This document shows, in pieces, positions 43,537 to 53,197 of a stretch of 64,000 nucleotides of DNA. The notes under the pieces were generated by a model. It was not told where the DNA came from, ran no database searches, and saw only the letters and a list, made by a program, of their open reading frames with translations. The translations under genes were made by a program, and so were the position numbers. The stretch's first letter is position 1. Each line of letters starts with the position of its first letter. Origin of the DNA: an uncultured Chloroflexota bacterium (GTDB lineage: Bacteria > Chloroflexota > UBA11872); contig OY282448.1 of the NCBI GenBank assembly GCA_958296175.1, positions 1,584,012 to 1,648,011 of the forward strand. Direction: 5' to 3'.

Positions 43537-45183
43537 ATGACGCGCAAGTTCATCTTCGTCACCGGCGGCGTTCTCAGCGGCGTGGGCAAGGGCGTCAGCG
43601 TGGCCAGCATCGGACGCCTGCTCAAGAGCCGCTCGCTGCGCGTGTCGGTGATGAAGCTCGACCCCTACATCAACGTGGACCCCGGCACCATGAGCCCCTT
43701 GCAGCACGGCGAGGTGTTCGTCACCGCCGACGGCGCCGAGACCGACCTGGACCTGGGGCATTACGAACGCTTCATCGACGATGACCTCAGCGCCGCCAGC
43801 AATCTGACCACCGGCGGCGTCTACGACCGCGTCATCAGCCGCGAGCGCCGCGGCGACTTCCTGGGAGGCACCGTGCAGGTGATCCCGCACGTCACCGACG
43901 AGATCAAGGCGAGCATTCACGCCGTGGGCGAGCAGCACCACGCCGACGTGGTGATCGTGGAAGTCGGCGGCACCGTTGGCGACATCGAGAACATCCCGTT
44001 CCTGGAAGCGCTGCGCCAGATGCGCCGCGAGGTCGGCCCCGAACACGTGCTGTATGCCCACGTGACCCTGGCGCCGCGCATGGGCGCAACGGGCGAGCTG
44101 AAGACCAAGCCCACCCAGCACAGCGTGGCGCAGCTGCGCACCATCGGCATCCAGCCCGACGTGGTGATCTGCCGCTCCGACGCGCCGCTGCCGCCGGAGC
44201 TGCGCGAAAAGATTGCGCTCTTCGCCGACGTGGACTCGCGCGCCGTGATCTCGAACAGCGACGTGGACACGATCTACGCCGTGCCGCTGATGCTCGAAGA
44301 AGCCGGGCTGGGCGCGTTCATCACCGAGCGCCTGCGCCTGCCGCCCGCGCCGCCCGAACTCGGCGAGTGGCGCGCGCTGGTGGCCGCCCTGCGCGAACCC
44401 CGCCCGCGCTTCGAGATCGCCATCGTCGGCAAATATGTGGAACTGGCCGATTCCTATCTCAGCGTCACCGAAGCCGTGCAACACGCCGGCATCGCCCTGC
44501 ACGTGGACCCGATCGTGCGCTGGGTCGACTCGGAGGACCTGGAAGACCGCGACCCGGCCGACCTGCTGGACGGCGCCGCGGCCATCATCGTGCCCGGCGG
44601 CTTCGGGCCGCGCGGCATCGAGGGCAAGATTCAGGCCGCGCACTACGCGCGCACGCACAACGTGCCGTACCTGGGCCTCTGCCTGGGCATGCAGGTGGCC
44701 GTGATCGAGTTCGCGCGCAAAGTGCTGGGCTCCGACGACTGCAACAGCGTCGAGTTCGACCCCGACACCCAGCACCCGGTCATCAGCCCCATGCGCGCTT
44801 ATTACGACGTGGCCAACATGGGCGGCTCCATGCGCCTGGGCCTGTGGACCTGCGAGCTGGTGGCAGGCACGCTGGCGCGCGCGGCCTACGGCCAGGCCGC
44901 GGTGCGTGAACGCCACCGCCACCGCATGGAGTTCAACAACGCCTACCGCGACCTGCTGCGCGCGCACGGCGTGGCCTTCAGCGGCGTGTCGCCCGACGGC
45001 AAGCTCGTCGAAATTATCGAGCTGGAGGGGCATCCGTGGTTCGTGGGCTCGCAGTTCCACCCCGAGTTCACCTCGCGCCCCAACCGGCCGCACCCGCTGT
45101 TCCGAGGACTGATCCAGGCCGCAATTCGCCATGCGGAGGGCCGCGCGCCCGTTTCCGTGCGCGAACCCCAGGCCGCCGGCTGA
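43537..45183 (+). CDS. pyrG: CTP synthase
   Basis: FVTGGVLSGVGKG, KTKPTQHSV, GLCLGMQ and QFHPEF motifs. Confidence 0.98.
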   Translation: MTRKFIFVTGGVLSGVGKGVSVASIGRLLKSRSLRVSVMKLDPYINVDPGTMSPLQHGEVFVTADGAETDLDLGHYERFIDDDLSAASNLTTGGVYDRVISRERRGDFLGGTVQVIPHVTDEIKASIHAVGEQHHADVVIVEVGGTVGDIENIPFLEALRQMRREVGPEHVLYAHVTLAPRMGATGELKTKPTQHSVAQLRTIGIQPDVVICRSDAPLPPELREKIALFADVDSRAVISNSDVDTIYAVPLMLEEAGLGAFITERLRLPPAPPELGEWRALVAALREPRPRFEIAIVGKYVELADSYLSVTEAVQHAGIALHVDPIVRWVDSEDLEDRDPADLLDGAAAIIVPGGFGPRGIEGKIQAAHYARTHNVPYLGLCLGMQVAVIEFARKVLGSDDCNSVEFDPDTQHPVISPMRAYYDVANMGGSMRLGLWTCELVAGTLARAAYGQAAVRERHRHRMEFNNAYRDLLRAHGVAFSGVSPDGKLVEIIELEGHPWFVGSQFHPEFTSRPNRPHPLFRGLIQAAIRHAEGRAPVSVREPQAAG

Positions 45184-45255
45184 CCCCGTTCCGACTGGAG
45201 CCATGATGCGCACCCCCCTCTACATTCCTGCGACCACGCGCCGCGAGGCTTCGGC

Positions 45256-46551
45256 ATGAGCGTCGTGGCGGTCATCGGCGCCCAATGGGGCGACGAAGGC
45301 AAAGGCAAAGTCGTCGACCTGCTGGCCCAACGGGCCGAGATGGTCGTCCGCTTCCAAGGCGGCAACAACGCCGGGCACACGGTCATCAACGACCGCGGCA
45401 AGTTCGCCCTGCACCTGGTGCCGGCCGGCATCTTCAACCCCGCCGTCGACAACGTGCTGGGGCCGGGCACCGTGGTCAATCCCCCTGCCCTGCTGGAGGA
45501 AATGGCGGAGCTGCGCGCGCAGGCGGGCGTCTCGTTCGACCGCTTCTGGATTGCCGAACGCGCACAGGTCGTGATGCCCTATCACGTGGCGCAAGACGCC
45601 GCCGAAGAAGCGCAGCGCGGCGCCCAGGCCCAAGGCACCACGCTGCGCGGCATCGGCCCGGCCTACGCCGACAAAGCCGCGCGCGCCGGCGTGCGCATTG
45701 GCGACCTGCTGGACGCCGACTATCTCCGCGGCTGGTTGCCGCTGGTGCTGGAACCCAAGAACCGACAGCTGCAGCACGGCTACGGCCTGACCCCGCTGGA
45801 CCCGCAGGCGCTGGTCGACCAGGCGCTGGCCTGGGGCGAGGCGCTGGCCGAGCACGTGGTGGACACGCTGCCGCTGGTGACCGACGCCGTGGCCCAGGGC
45901 CGCCGCATGCTGCTGGAAGGCCAGCTGGGCGTCATGCGCGACCTGGACTGGGGCCACTACCCCTACGTCACGTCGTCCAGCCCTTCCGCCGCCGGCGCCT
46001 GCGTGGGGGCCGGCATCGCCCCGCGCGCGCTCGACCAGGTGTGGGGCGTCGCCAAGGCTTTCACCTCCTCAGTGGGCGAAGGCCCTTTCCCAACCGAGCT
46101 GCACGGCGCGATCGGCGACCACCTGCGCGAAGTGGGCGGCGGCGAATACGGCGCCTCCACCGGCCGCCCGCGCCGCTGCGGATGGTTCGACGCCGTGGCC
46201 GTGCGCACGGCGGCGGCGCTCAGCGGCATCGACCGCCTGGCGCTCACCAAGATCGACTGTCTGGACCAGCTGGAGCGCATCAACGTGGCCGTGGCCTACG
46301 AGCTGGACGGCCGGCGGGTCGAGCTGGCGCCCGACACGCGCAAACTGGAACGGGCGCGCCCCATCTATGAAGAGTTCCCCGGCTGGCGCGCCTCCACCGA
46401 AGGCGCCCAGGACCTGGCCGACCTGCCCGCCAACGCGCGCAGCTACGTCGACGCCGTCAGCGCCATCACCGGCGTCCCCCTCGGCCTGATCGGCACCGGC
46501 CAACACCGCCGCGACGCCATCACGCTGACCGACCCGTTCGCGGAAGCCTGA
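45256..46551 (+). CDS. purA: Adenylosuccinate synthetase
   Basis: QWGDEGKGK, GGNNAGHT, GIGPAYADK and TGRPRRCGWFD motifs. Confidence 0.98.
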   Translation: MSVVAVIGAQWGDEGKGKVVDLLAQRAEMVVRFQGGNNAGHTVINDRGKFALHLVPAGIFNPAVDNVLGPGTVVNPPALLEEMAELRAQAGVSFDRFWIAERAQVVMPYHVAQDAAEEAQRGAQAQGTTLRGIGPAYADKAARAGVRIGDLLDADYLRGWLPLVLEPKNRQLQHGYGLTPLDPQALVDQALAWGEALAEHVVDTLPLVTDAVAQGRRMLLEGQLGVMRDLDWGHYPYVTSSSPSAAGACVGAGIAPRALDQVWGVAKAFTSSVGEGPFPTELHGAIGDHLREVGGGEYGASTGRPRRCGWFDAVAVRTAAALSGIDRLALTKIDCLDQLERINVAVAYELDGRRVELAPDTRKLERARPIYEEFPGWRASTEGAQDLADLPANARSYVDAVSAITGVPLGLIGTGQHRRDAITLTDPFAEA

Positions 46552-46783
46552 GCCATGCGCCGGCAGCCGCCCGCGCCGCCTGCCGCCGCGCGTCCTCACG
46601 ACCCGAGGCCCCGCGGCTGAGGAACGCAGCAGTGGGACCGGCGCCGAGACAGGCGGACAGCGGAAGGGTCCGCCCAGGGTTTTCGAGGGGCGGCGGTCTC
46701 GTATATGCTGAGTGCGTGCGCAGCGCCCCACCGTTGCGTATGAGGGTTTCGGGCGTGCGTGCAACGCAGAGGCGGTCGGCAGC

Positions 46784-47392
46784 GTGAGCAATGAACTGAT
46801 CGGCATCATCAGCGTGGGCGCGATCCTGTTCGTGGGACTGAGCGGCCTGATTCTCACCCAGATGCGCGACCTTCGCCGCGACCTGCGGCACGAGCTGCAA
46901 ACCGGACTCGATTCGGTGCGGGCCGAGATTCACGCCCTCAGCCGCCAGGTCAACAGGCTGGAAGGGCGGGTCGAGCGACTCGAACGCCGATTCGACAGCT
47001 TCGAACGCCGATTCGACAGCTTCGAACGCCGGTTCGACAGCTTCGAAAGCCGGTTCGACAGCCTCGAAATCCAGGTCAACAAACTCGAAATCCAGGTCAA
47101 CAAACTCGAAGACCGATTCGACGGCTTCGAAGGTCGACTCGACGGCCTCGAACGCCGACTCGACAGCCTCGAACGCCGACTCGACAGCCTCCAAGGCCAA
47201 GTCGAAAGCCTCCAAGGCCAAATGGGCGGCCTACGGGCCGAAGTTCTGGGATTGCGGCAGGAGATGGTGGCGCGCTTCGACCGCATGGACGACCGCTTCG
47301 AACGTATGGATGGTCGTCTGGACACGCTGGCCGAGCGTGTGGCGCGACAGGAAGGCGTGCTCATCGGACGGGGCGACGAACAGGCGGTGTGA
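46784..47392 (+). CDS. N-terminally anchored heptad-repeat coiled-coil protein (family member 2)
   Basis: (V)SNELIGIISVGAILFVGLSGLIL anchor, ~13 heptads (SFERRFD/KLEIQVN), and C-terminal RVARQEGVLIGRG. Confidence 0.8.
   Translation: MSNELIGIISVGAILFVGLSGLILTQMRDLRRDLRHELQTGLDSVRAEIHALSRQVNRLEGRVERLERRFDSFERRFDSFERRFDSFESRFDSLEIQVNKLEIQVNKLEDRFDGFEGRLDGLERRLDSLERRLDSLQGQVESLQGQMGGLRAEVLGLRQEMVARFDRMDDRFERMDGRLDTLAERVARQEGVLIGRGDEQAV
46955..47226 (+). repeat. 21-bp coding tandem repeats
   Basis: CTTCGAACGCCGATTCGACAG-type units, with sub-blocks CTCGAAATCCAGGTCAACAAA and CTCCAAGGCCAAGTCGAAAGC. Confidence 0.9.
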
Positions 47393-47502
47393 CCGCGCCG
47401 CTGGCGCGCGCCGGCTGAATCAATCCTCGGCCAGCCGCACCAAGAGCCGCTGCGCTCCATTCGGTAGGCTGGCCGGTGCGCGGGTGTGGCGGAGGCAAAC
47501 GT

Positions 47503-47976
47503 ATGGCAACGGTTTCAGAAGGCGTGCAGGCGCCGGACTTCGAGGTGCCGACCGCGGGCGGCGCGGCGTTCCGACTGTCGGCGCAGCGCGGCAGAGCCAA
47601 CCTGGCGCTGGTTTTTCTGGACCGGGCTGCCGGGAACGACGACCAGCGCATGGCCGAGGCGCTGCGCGACGCCTCCGAACTCTTCAAGGCGGAACGCACC
47701 ACCGTGGTCGCTGCCGCCAAAGCGTCGGTGGCCGAGCTGCGCGCCTTCCGCGAGGCGCACGCGCTGGGATTCGAGCTGCTCAGCGACGAGGCGGGAACCG
47801 CGGCCGCGGCGTACGGCGCGCGCGCGCGGCAGGGCTTCGGCCCGTTCTCGCGCGAGAAATTCGTGCGCAGCACCTTCCTGCTGGACCGCACCGGCGTGGT
47901 GCGCCGCATCTTCCGCGACCCCGACCTGCGCGACCACGTCAACGAGATCCTGGGCGCGCTGGACGTGGGTCTCTAA
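47503..47976 (+). CDS. Peroxiredoxin (Bcp/AhpC-TSA)-like protein with no cysteine
   Basis: APDFEV, FRLS, FELLSD, AYG, RSTFLLDRTGVVR and HVNEIL match the Bcp layout, but PxxxTxxC is absent. Confidence 0.75.
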   Translation: MATVSEGVQAPDFEVPTAGGAAFRLSAQRGRANLALVFLDRAAGNDDQRMAEALRDASELFKAERTTVVAAAKASVAELRAFREAHALGFELLSDEAGTAAAAYGARARQGFGPFSREKFVRSTFLLDRTGVVRRIFRDPDLRDHVNEILGALDVGL

Positions 47977-48073
47977 GCGCAGGCCGCGGCCGGAGGCGCC
48001 GCCGTTCCGCCCAGCGCCCCGCCGCCCGTCCGAAACGTCCAGCGCTGCGCCCCGCTCGCCGCGCTCGCTCTCC

Positions 48074-50779
48074 TCAAATCGCGTCCATGTCCCGCCAGTT
48101 CGGCCCCGCCTTGGCATCCACCACCAGCGGGACGCGCAGCCGCACCGCGTCGGTCATCAAGCCGCGGACGAAGCCGGCGAAGTCGTCCAGTTCGGCGTTG
48201 GGAACTTCGAAGAGCAGGTCGTCGTGCACCTGCAGCAGCATGCGGCCCTGGAAGCCCTGCGCACGGATGCGGCGCTCCACGTCCACCATGGCAATCTTCA
48301 TGATGTCAGCCGTGGTTCCCTGGATGGGCATGTTGATCGCCATGCGTTCCGCCGCGGACCGCTGGTGAAACGCGCGCGCGTTCACCTCCGGTAGGTAGCG
48401 CCGGCGCTTGAACAGCGTTTCCACAAACCCCCGCGCGCGCGCCTCCGCAATCGTGGCCTCCATGTAGGTCTGCACGCCGGGATAGGTGTCGAAGTAGTTC
48501 TTGATGAACTGGTCCGCTTCGCGGCGTGACAGCTCGGTGCGCGAGGACAGCCCCTGCGCGCTGATGCCGTAGACGATGCCGAAGTTGGTGGTCTTGGCCA
48601 GCCGCCGCATCTCGTCCGTCACCTGGTCCATGGGCACGTCGTGCAGGCGCGCGGCCGTGGCGGCGTGGATGTCGTGGCCGTCGGCAAACGCCTGGCACAT
48701 GGCCGCATCCTGGCTCATGTGCGCCAGCACTCGCAGATCGATCTGCGAGTAGTCGATGGCCAGCAGCGACCAGTCGGCGTCGGCGGCCACGAAGGCGCGG
48801 CGAATCTCGCGCCCGCGCGGCGTGCGGATGGGGATGTTCTGCAGGTTCGGGTTGGCCGACGACAGGCGGCCGGTCGCCGCGCCGGCCTGGTTGAAGGTGG
48901 TGTGCAGGCGGCCGGTGGACGGATCGACCATGGCCGGCAGCGCCGCCACGTAGGTGGACCGCAGCTTGGTCAGTTCGCGGTAGTCCAGCACGCGGCGCAC
49001 CACGGGGTGCGCGTCCATCAGCTGGTCCAGCACGCCGCTGGCCGTCGAATAGCCAGACTTGGTTTTGCGCCCGGCCGGCAGGCCCAGTTCCTCGAACAAC
49101 ACCCCGCCCAGCTGCTTGGGCGAGTTGACGTTGAACTCGTGCCCCACGTCGGCGTAGATGGCCGCCTCGATCTCGGCAATCTCGCGCTCCATGGCCAGCG
49201 ACAGATCGCGCAGCGCCGCGCCGTCCAGCGCAATACCGCGGCGTTCCATGTCGCCCAGCACCAGGGCCAGCGGCATTTCCACGTCGCGCAGCAGGCTGCC
49301 CACCTCCAGCTCCTCGACCTCCGCGTCCAGTTCGTCGGCCAGCTCCAGCGCCAGCGCCGCGCGCAGACAGGCTGGGTGCGCCGCCTGGTGCGGGTCCGGC
49401 CGTTCCAGCCCGCCGGCCGGCGGAGGGGTAGGCAATTGGGCGTCCAGCTCCAGACCGCGCCGACGGTAGACCAGGTCGTCCAGACTGCCCGGCACGGCGT
49501 TGGGCGAGGACACGTAGGCCGCCAGGAACAGGTCGACGTCCACGCCCCGCAACCCGGCGCCGCACGCCGCCAGCGCTTGGGACAGCTCTTTGGAGTCGAA
49601 CACGACCTTGGCGCGCTCGTCGTCGTCCAGCCAGGGGCGCAGCGCCTCGAACGCCGCGGCGCCGTCGGGCATCGGGACGTAGGCGGCGGCGTCCGCGTCC
49701 GCCAGCGCCATTCCCAACAGCTCGCGTCCCGCCGCCGAGCGGCGCACGTACGGCACCACGGCCGCGCGGTCCGCCGCCGCCAGCCGCTCCAGAAGCGCGC
49801 CGGCCGCGGCCGCGCTGGTGACGACCGTCGGCGCCACCTCGGGCGTGCGCGGCGCGGCTGCGGCCGCGGCCCCAGCCGGGGCCGCGGCCGGCGCGGACAA
49901 GAACGGCAGGCGTTCGTCCATCGTGCGGAACTGCAGCTCGTGCAGCAGTGCGCGCAGCGCCGCCTCGTCCGGCTGCCAGAGCCGCGTGCGCTCGGGGTCG
50001 AACCTGACCGGCGCCTCGCAGTCGATGGCGGCCAGGCGGCGCGAGAGCCGCGCGATCTCGGCCTGCCCGTCCAGCCGCCGCCGCACGGCGGGCCGAATCC
50101 GCTCGTCGTCCAGATGCGCGTAGATGTCCTCGATGTCGGCAAACGTCGTCAGCAGCTGCGCGGCGGTCTTTTCGCCCACGCCTTTCACGCCGGGAATGTT
50201 GTCGGAGCTGTCGCCCTGCAGGCCCTTGAAGTCCACGACCTGCGAGGCTGCGACACCCCAGCGGTCGACGATGGCCTGTTCGTCGTAGACGATCGGCTGC
50301 CCCGTGCGCGGGTTGCTGCTCAGCACGCGCACGTGCGGCGTCACCAGCTGCAGCGCGTCGCGGTCGCCGGTCACCAGCCACACGTCGAACCCGGCCGCCT
50401 CCGCCTGCCGCGCCAGCGTGCCCAGCACGTCGTCGGCTTCGTACGTCTCGGCCTCGTAGATGGGGATGCCCAGCGTCTCGACGAGCTGGCGCACGCGCCC
50501 GAACTGCGCCGCCAGCGCCGCGTCGGGCGCGTCTCGGTGCGCCTTGTAGGCGGGGTACAGCTCGTCGCGGAAGGTCGGCCCCGGCAGGTCGAAGGCCGCC
50601 GCCGCATGGCCGGGCGCCAGGTCGTCCACCACCCGCAGCAGGATGTTCATAAACCCGTAGACAGCGTTGGTGGGCTCGCCGTCGGCCGTGGCGAAGTGGC
50701 GCGGCACCGCGTGATAGGCGCGGTGAATGAGCGACATCGCGTCCAGAACGATCAGCGCCGGCCGCGCATCCGTACCCAT
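48074..50779 (-). CDS. polA: DNA polymerase I
   Basis: 5'-3' exonuclease motifs (EADD, TGDRD, GDSSDNIPGV) and polymerase motifs (TGRLSSANPNLQNIP, DYSQIDLR, KTTNFGIVYG, QVHD). Confidence 0.98.
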   Translation of the reverse strand: MGTDARPALIVLDAMSLIHRAYHAVPRHFATADGEPTNAVYGFMNILLRVVDDLAPGHAAAAFDLPGPTFRDELYPAYKAHRDAPDAALAAQFGRVRQLVETLGIPIYEAETYEADDVLGTLARQAEAAGFDVWLVTGDRDALQLVTPHVRVLSSNPRTGQPIVYDEQAIVDRWGVAASQVVDFKGLQGDSSDNIPGVKGVGEKTAAQLLTTFADIEDIYAHLDDERIRPAVRRRLDGQAEIARLSRRLAAIDCEAPVRFDPERTRLWQPDEAALRALLHELQFRTMDERLPFLSAPAAAPAGAAAAAAPRTPEVAPTVVTSAAAAGALLERLAAADRAAVVPYVRRSAAGRELLGMALADADAAAYVPMPDGAAAFEALRPWLDDDERAKVVFDSKELSQALAACGAGLRGVDVDLFLAAYVSSPNAVPGSLDDLVYRRRGLELDAQLPTPPPAGGLERPDPHQAAHPACLRAALALELADELDAEVEELEVGSLLRDVEMPLALVLGDMERRGIALDGAALRDLSLAMEREIAEIEAAIYADVGHEFNVNSPKQLGGVLFEELGLPAGRKTKSGYSTASGVLDQLMDAHPVVRRVLDYRELTKLRSTYVAALPAMVDPSTGRLHTTFNQAGAATGRLSSANPNLQNIPIRTPRGREIRRAFVAADADWSLLAIDYSQIDLRVLAHMSQDAAMCQAFADGHDIHAATAARLHDVPMDQVTDEMRRLAKTTNFGIVYGISAQGLSSRTELSRREADQFIKNYFDTYPGVQTYMEATIAEARARGFVETLFKRRRYLPEVNARAFHQRSAAERMAINMPIQGTTADIMKIAMVDVERRIRAQGFQGRMLLQVHDDLLFEVPNAELDDFAGFVRGLMTDAVRLRVPLVVDAKAGPNWRDMDAI

Positions 50780-50873
50780 ACCGCCAGTGTACGCAGTGCG
50801 CCGAACCCTGGCGGCGCGCCGCCGACGCTGCGCCGCGGGCCGCGCCCGGCGGCCCGCGGCGCGGGCGGGGTCG

Positions 50874-51125
50874 TTACCCCGCCAACGCCTCGCTGACCAG
50901 CGGCAAGACTTCGCCGTTCTCCGCGTGGCGGCCCAGCGCGCGCTTGGAAAACACCAGCTGGTCGTCCACCGTCACCTCGAACACGCCGCCGCCGGACGGA
51001 ACCAACTTCAACTCCGCCACGTCATGCGCGTGTTCGTCCAAAATCTCCTCCGTCGCACGGACGGCTCGGGGGAGATAGTTTCATTGGCTGCAATATTCGA
51101 TCGAGAGTCGCGCTCCGCGCCCCAT
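50874..51125 (-). CDS. SelT/SelW/SelH (Rdx family) selenoprotein with CxxU
   Basis: MGRGARLSIEYCSQ-TGA-NYLPRAVRATEEILDEH...LVPSGGGVFEVTVDDQLVFSKRALGRHAE. In-frame TGA at 51083-51081, GAGGAG RBS, downstream hairpin. Absent from the ORF track. Confidence 0.92.
51043..51076 (-). promoter_or_regulatory. Bacterial SECIS element candidate
   Basis: Starts 4 nt 3' of the UGA: AUCUCC...CCGUC-CGUGC-GACGG-A-GGAGAU, a two-part stem with G in the apical loop. Confidence 0.75.
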
Positions 51126-51540
51126 GGTGCTCTCCTCGCCGCGCGGCCTGCGGCGCGCGCGTCTGCATGCGGTTACACCTACAAGTATCGCATGCGCGCC
51201 CGCCGCACCGGCAGCCGCGGCGGCCAGCTGCGAGGTCTCGGGTGTAGACTCCCACGCCAGCGAACGGTCCCGCCGGTCGACCGCCCGTCGGTACGAGATG
51301 GAGGCGAGCCGTCCCGCGTCCTGACGAGCGCATCCGTCCGCCGCTCGCCGCCGCCGCCGCGATGCTTGCCCATGCGCGGCCCGACGACCGCGTCACCATG
51401 CTGACCGCCGTCGCCGCGCTCGGCGCCGCCCTGGCGCTGGCGCGCCAGATGACGCCTGTCCGCCTGTCTTTCGTTCCCAGGGTCGAGGCCGGCGCGTTGG
51501 CGGTTGCGCCGCAGACATGGCGTTTGGCGCCTGACGGCGC

Positions 51541-52083
51541 ATGAAATCGACCGCCGTCATGCTGCTGGCCGCACTGGTGCTTTTTCTGGCGTATGCGGCG
51601 GCGTACGCCGCCATCCGGCGCTTGCTGCCGCTGCAGCCGCCGTTGGCTCAGAGCGCCTGGCTGCTGCTGGGGTGTGCGCCCGCGGCGGCGGCCGCGGCCG
51701 CCGCGCTGTGGAAACGGCGCGTGCTCGGCCCGGAGGCGGCCACCGCGGTCGTGGTGATGTTCGCCCTGGGCGGCGCGTGCTTTACCTTCACCGCACCGGC
51801 GGTGCTCGACCGTTCGGTATCGTTGCAGATGCTTGACAGCCTGGACGCCGGCGGGCAGGTTGGGATGACCGAAGACGACGTGACACAGGCGTTCGTCGAC
51901 GGGTATCTCGACGGCAACGAGGCCATGCGCAAACGGCTCTCGGAGCACGTCGGCTATGGGTTCATCGTCGTGGACGATGGGCGCTACTACATAACCGATG
52001 CGGGGCGCCGCTTTATGCAGCTCGCCCGATTCGTGAGCCGCCTGTTCGACTTCGACGAGCGGATCGTGTCGCACCGCGGATAA
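51541..52083 (+). CDS. Membrane protein (three TM helices) with a winged-helix-like C-terminus, unknown function
   Basis: Three hydrophobic segments followed by LDRSVSLQML...KRLSEH...GRYYITDAGR. Confidence 0.7.
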   Translation: MKSTAVMLLAALVLFLAYAAAYAAIRRLLPLQPPLAQSAWLLLGCAPAAAAAAAALWKRRVLGPEAATAVVVMFALGGACFTFTAPAVLDRSVSLQMLDSLDAGGQVGMTEDDVTQAFVDGYLDGNEAMRKRLSEHVGYGFIVVDDGRYYITDAGRRFMQLARFVSRLFDFDERIVSHRG

Positions 52084-52305
52084 ACGGCGAGACGTGCACG
52101 GCGCACGTCCTCGTCCCGTTGGACGGAGACGGCTGAGGCCTCGCGCCCCCTCCAGACCGCGGCAACGCTCGTCGTTCCCGCGAACGACGTAATCCGCGGC
52201 GGCGGGAATCCATCGTCACCCGCGCGCGGTATTTCGCCGGCGGTCGGGCAGGTGCGGTCTCCGCCCGTCCGGCGGCGGATGCAACGACCGCCGCGGCAGC
52301 AAGCG

Positions 52306-53133
52306 TCAGGCCGCGGACGGCGGGGCGGGGCGGAATTCGCTGAGGGAAAGGTGGCGAGCGCGGCCGCCGCGGCGGAGGTCGACGATTTCGGCGGCGATGG
52401 CGGCGGCGATTTCGGCCGGCGTTTGCGCCCCGATGTCCAGCCCGATCGGCGCGTAGACGTTGCGGAACTGGTCGGGGCCGAACCCGTCGGCCAGCATGGT
52501 TCCGTACACGATGTGCACGCGGCGGCGGCTGCCGATCATCCCAATGTAGGGCGCGGGCGACCCCAGCAGCCGCCGCAGAGCGGCTTCGTCGAAGCGGTGG
52601 GCGCGCGTGACCAGCACGACGTACGTCTGCGCGTCCACGTCGAAGCCGGCCAGATAGTCCTCGATTGGGCAGGCGGCAACCGTGTCGGCCGCGGGGAAGC
52701 GCTCGCGGTTGGCGAAATCCGCGCGTTCGTCCACCACGATGGTCTCGAATTCGAGCACGGCGGCGATGCGCGCCAGCGGCTGCGCAATGTGGCCCGCGCC
52801 CACGATCAGCAGCCGAGGCGCGGCCACGATGGGGTCCAGCAGAAAGCGCGCGTACGCCGGGTCGCGGCGTGTGGCCGCCGCGCCGTCGGCGCTGAAGGTG
52901 ACGGCGCGCGGACGGCCGACGGCCAGCGCCGCCGCCGCCGCCTCGGCCAGCGCATGGGTCAGGGCGCCGCCGCCCACGCCGGGCGCCAGACCCTGGCCCT
53001 GGCGGTAGACCGCCAACAAGCCTGGCGCCCCCAGCTCGACGGCGCGGGTTCCGACCAGATGCACGAACACGATCGGCGCGCGCTGCGCCAGCGCCTGGCG
53101 CGCCGCCGCCAGCGCGGCGGCGCGGTCGATCAC
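52306..53133 (-). CDS. XdhC/CoxF family molybdoenzyme maturation factor (Rossmann-domain part)
   Basis: LLIVGAGHIA, VDER, VTRAHRFD, YIGMIGSRRR and APIGLDIGAQTPAEIA motifs. GTG start at 53133. Confidence 0.9.
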   Translation of the reverse strand: MIDRAAALAAARQALAQRAPIVFVHLVGTRAVELGAPGLLAVYRQGQGLAPGVGGGALTHALAEAAAAALAVGRPRAVTFSADGAAATRRDPAYARFLLDPIVAAPRLLIVGAGHIAQPLARIAAVLEFETIVVDERADFANRERFPAADTVAACPIEDYLAGFDVDAQTYVVLVTRAHRFDEAALRRLLGSPAPYIGMIGSRRRVHIVYGTMLADGFGPDQFRNVYAPIGLDIGAQTPAEIAAAIAAEIVDLRRGGRARHLSLSEFRPAPPSAA

Positions 53134-53197
53134 GGCCGGCCGCCGCTCGGGCGCCGCCAACCCGGCCGCTCCTCGGCCGCCAGCGCGGCGCAGTCGA

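Noticed and set aside
51398-51544. 48-aa ORF whose stop overlaps the ATG of the 51541 gene
   Set aside because: The ATGA overlap is suggestive, but there is no RBS or recognisable motif. It may be a gene remnant; support is too weak to call.
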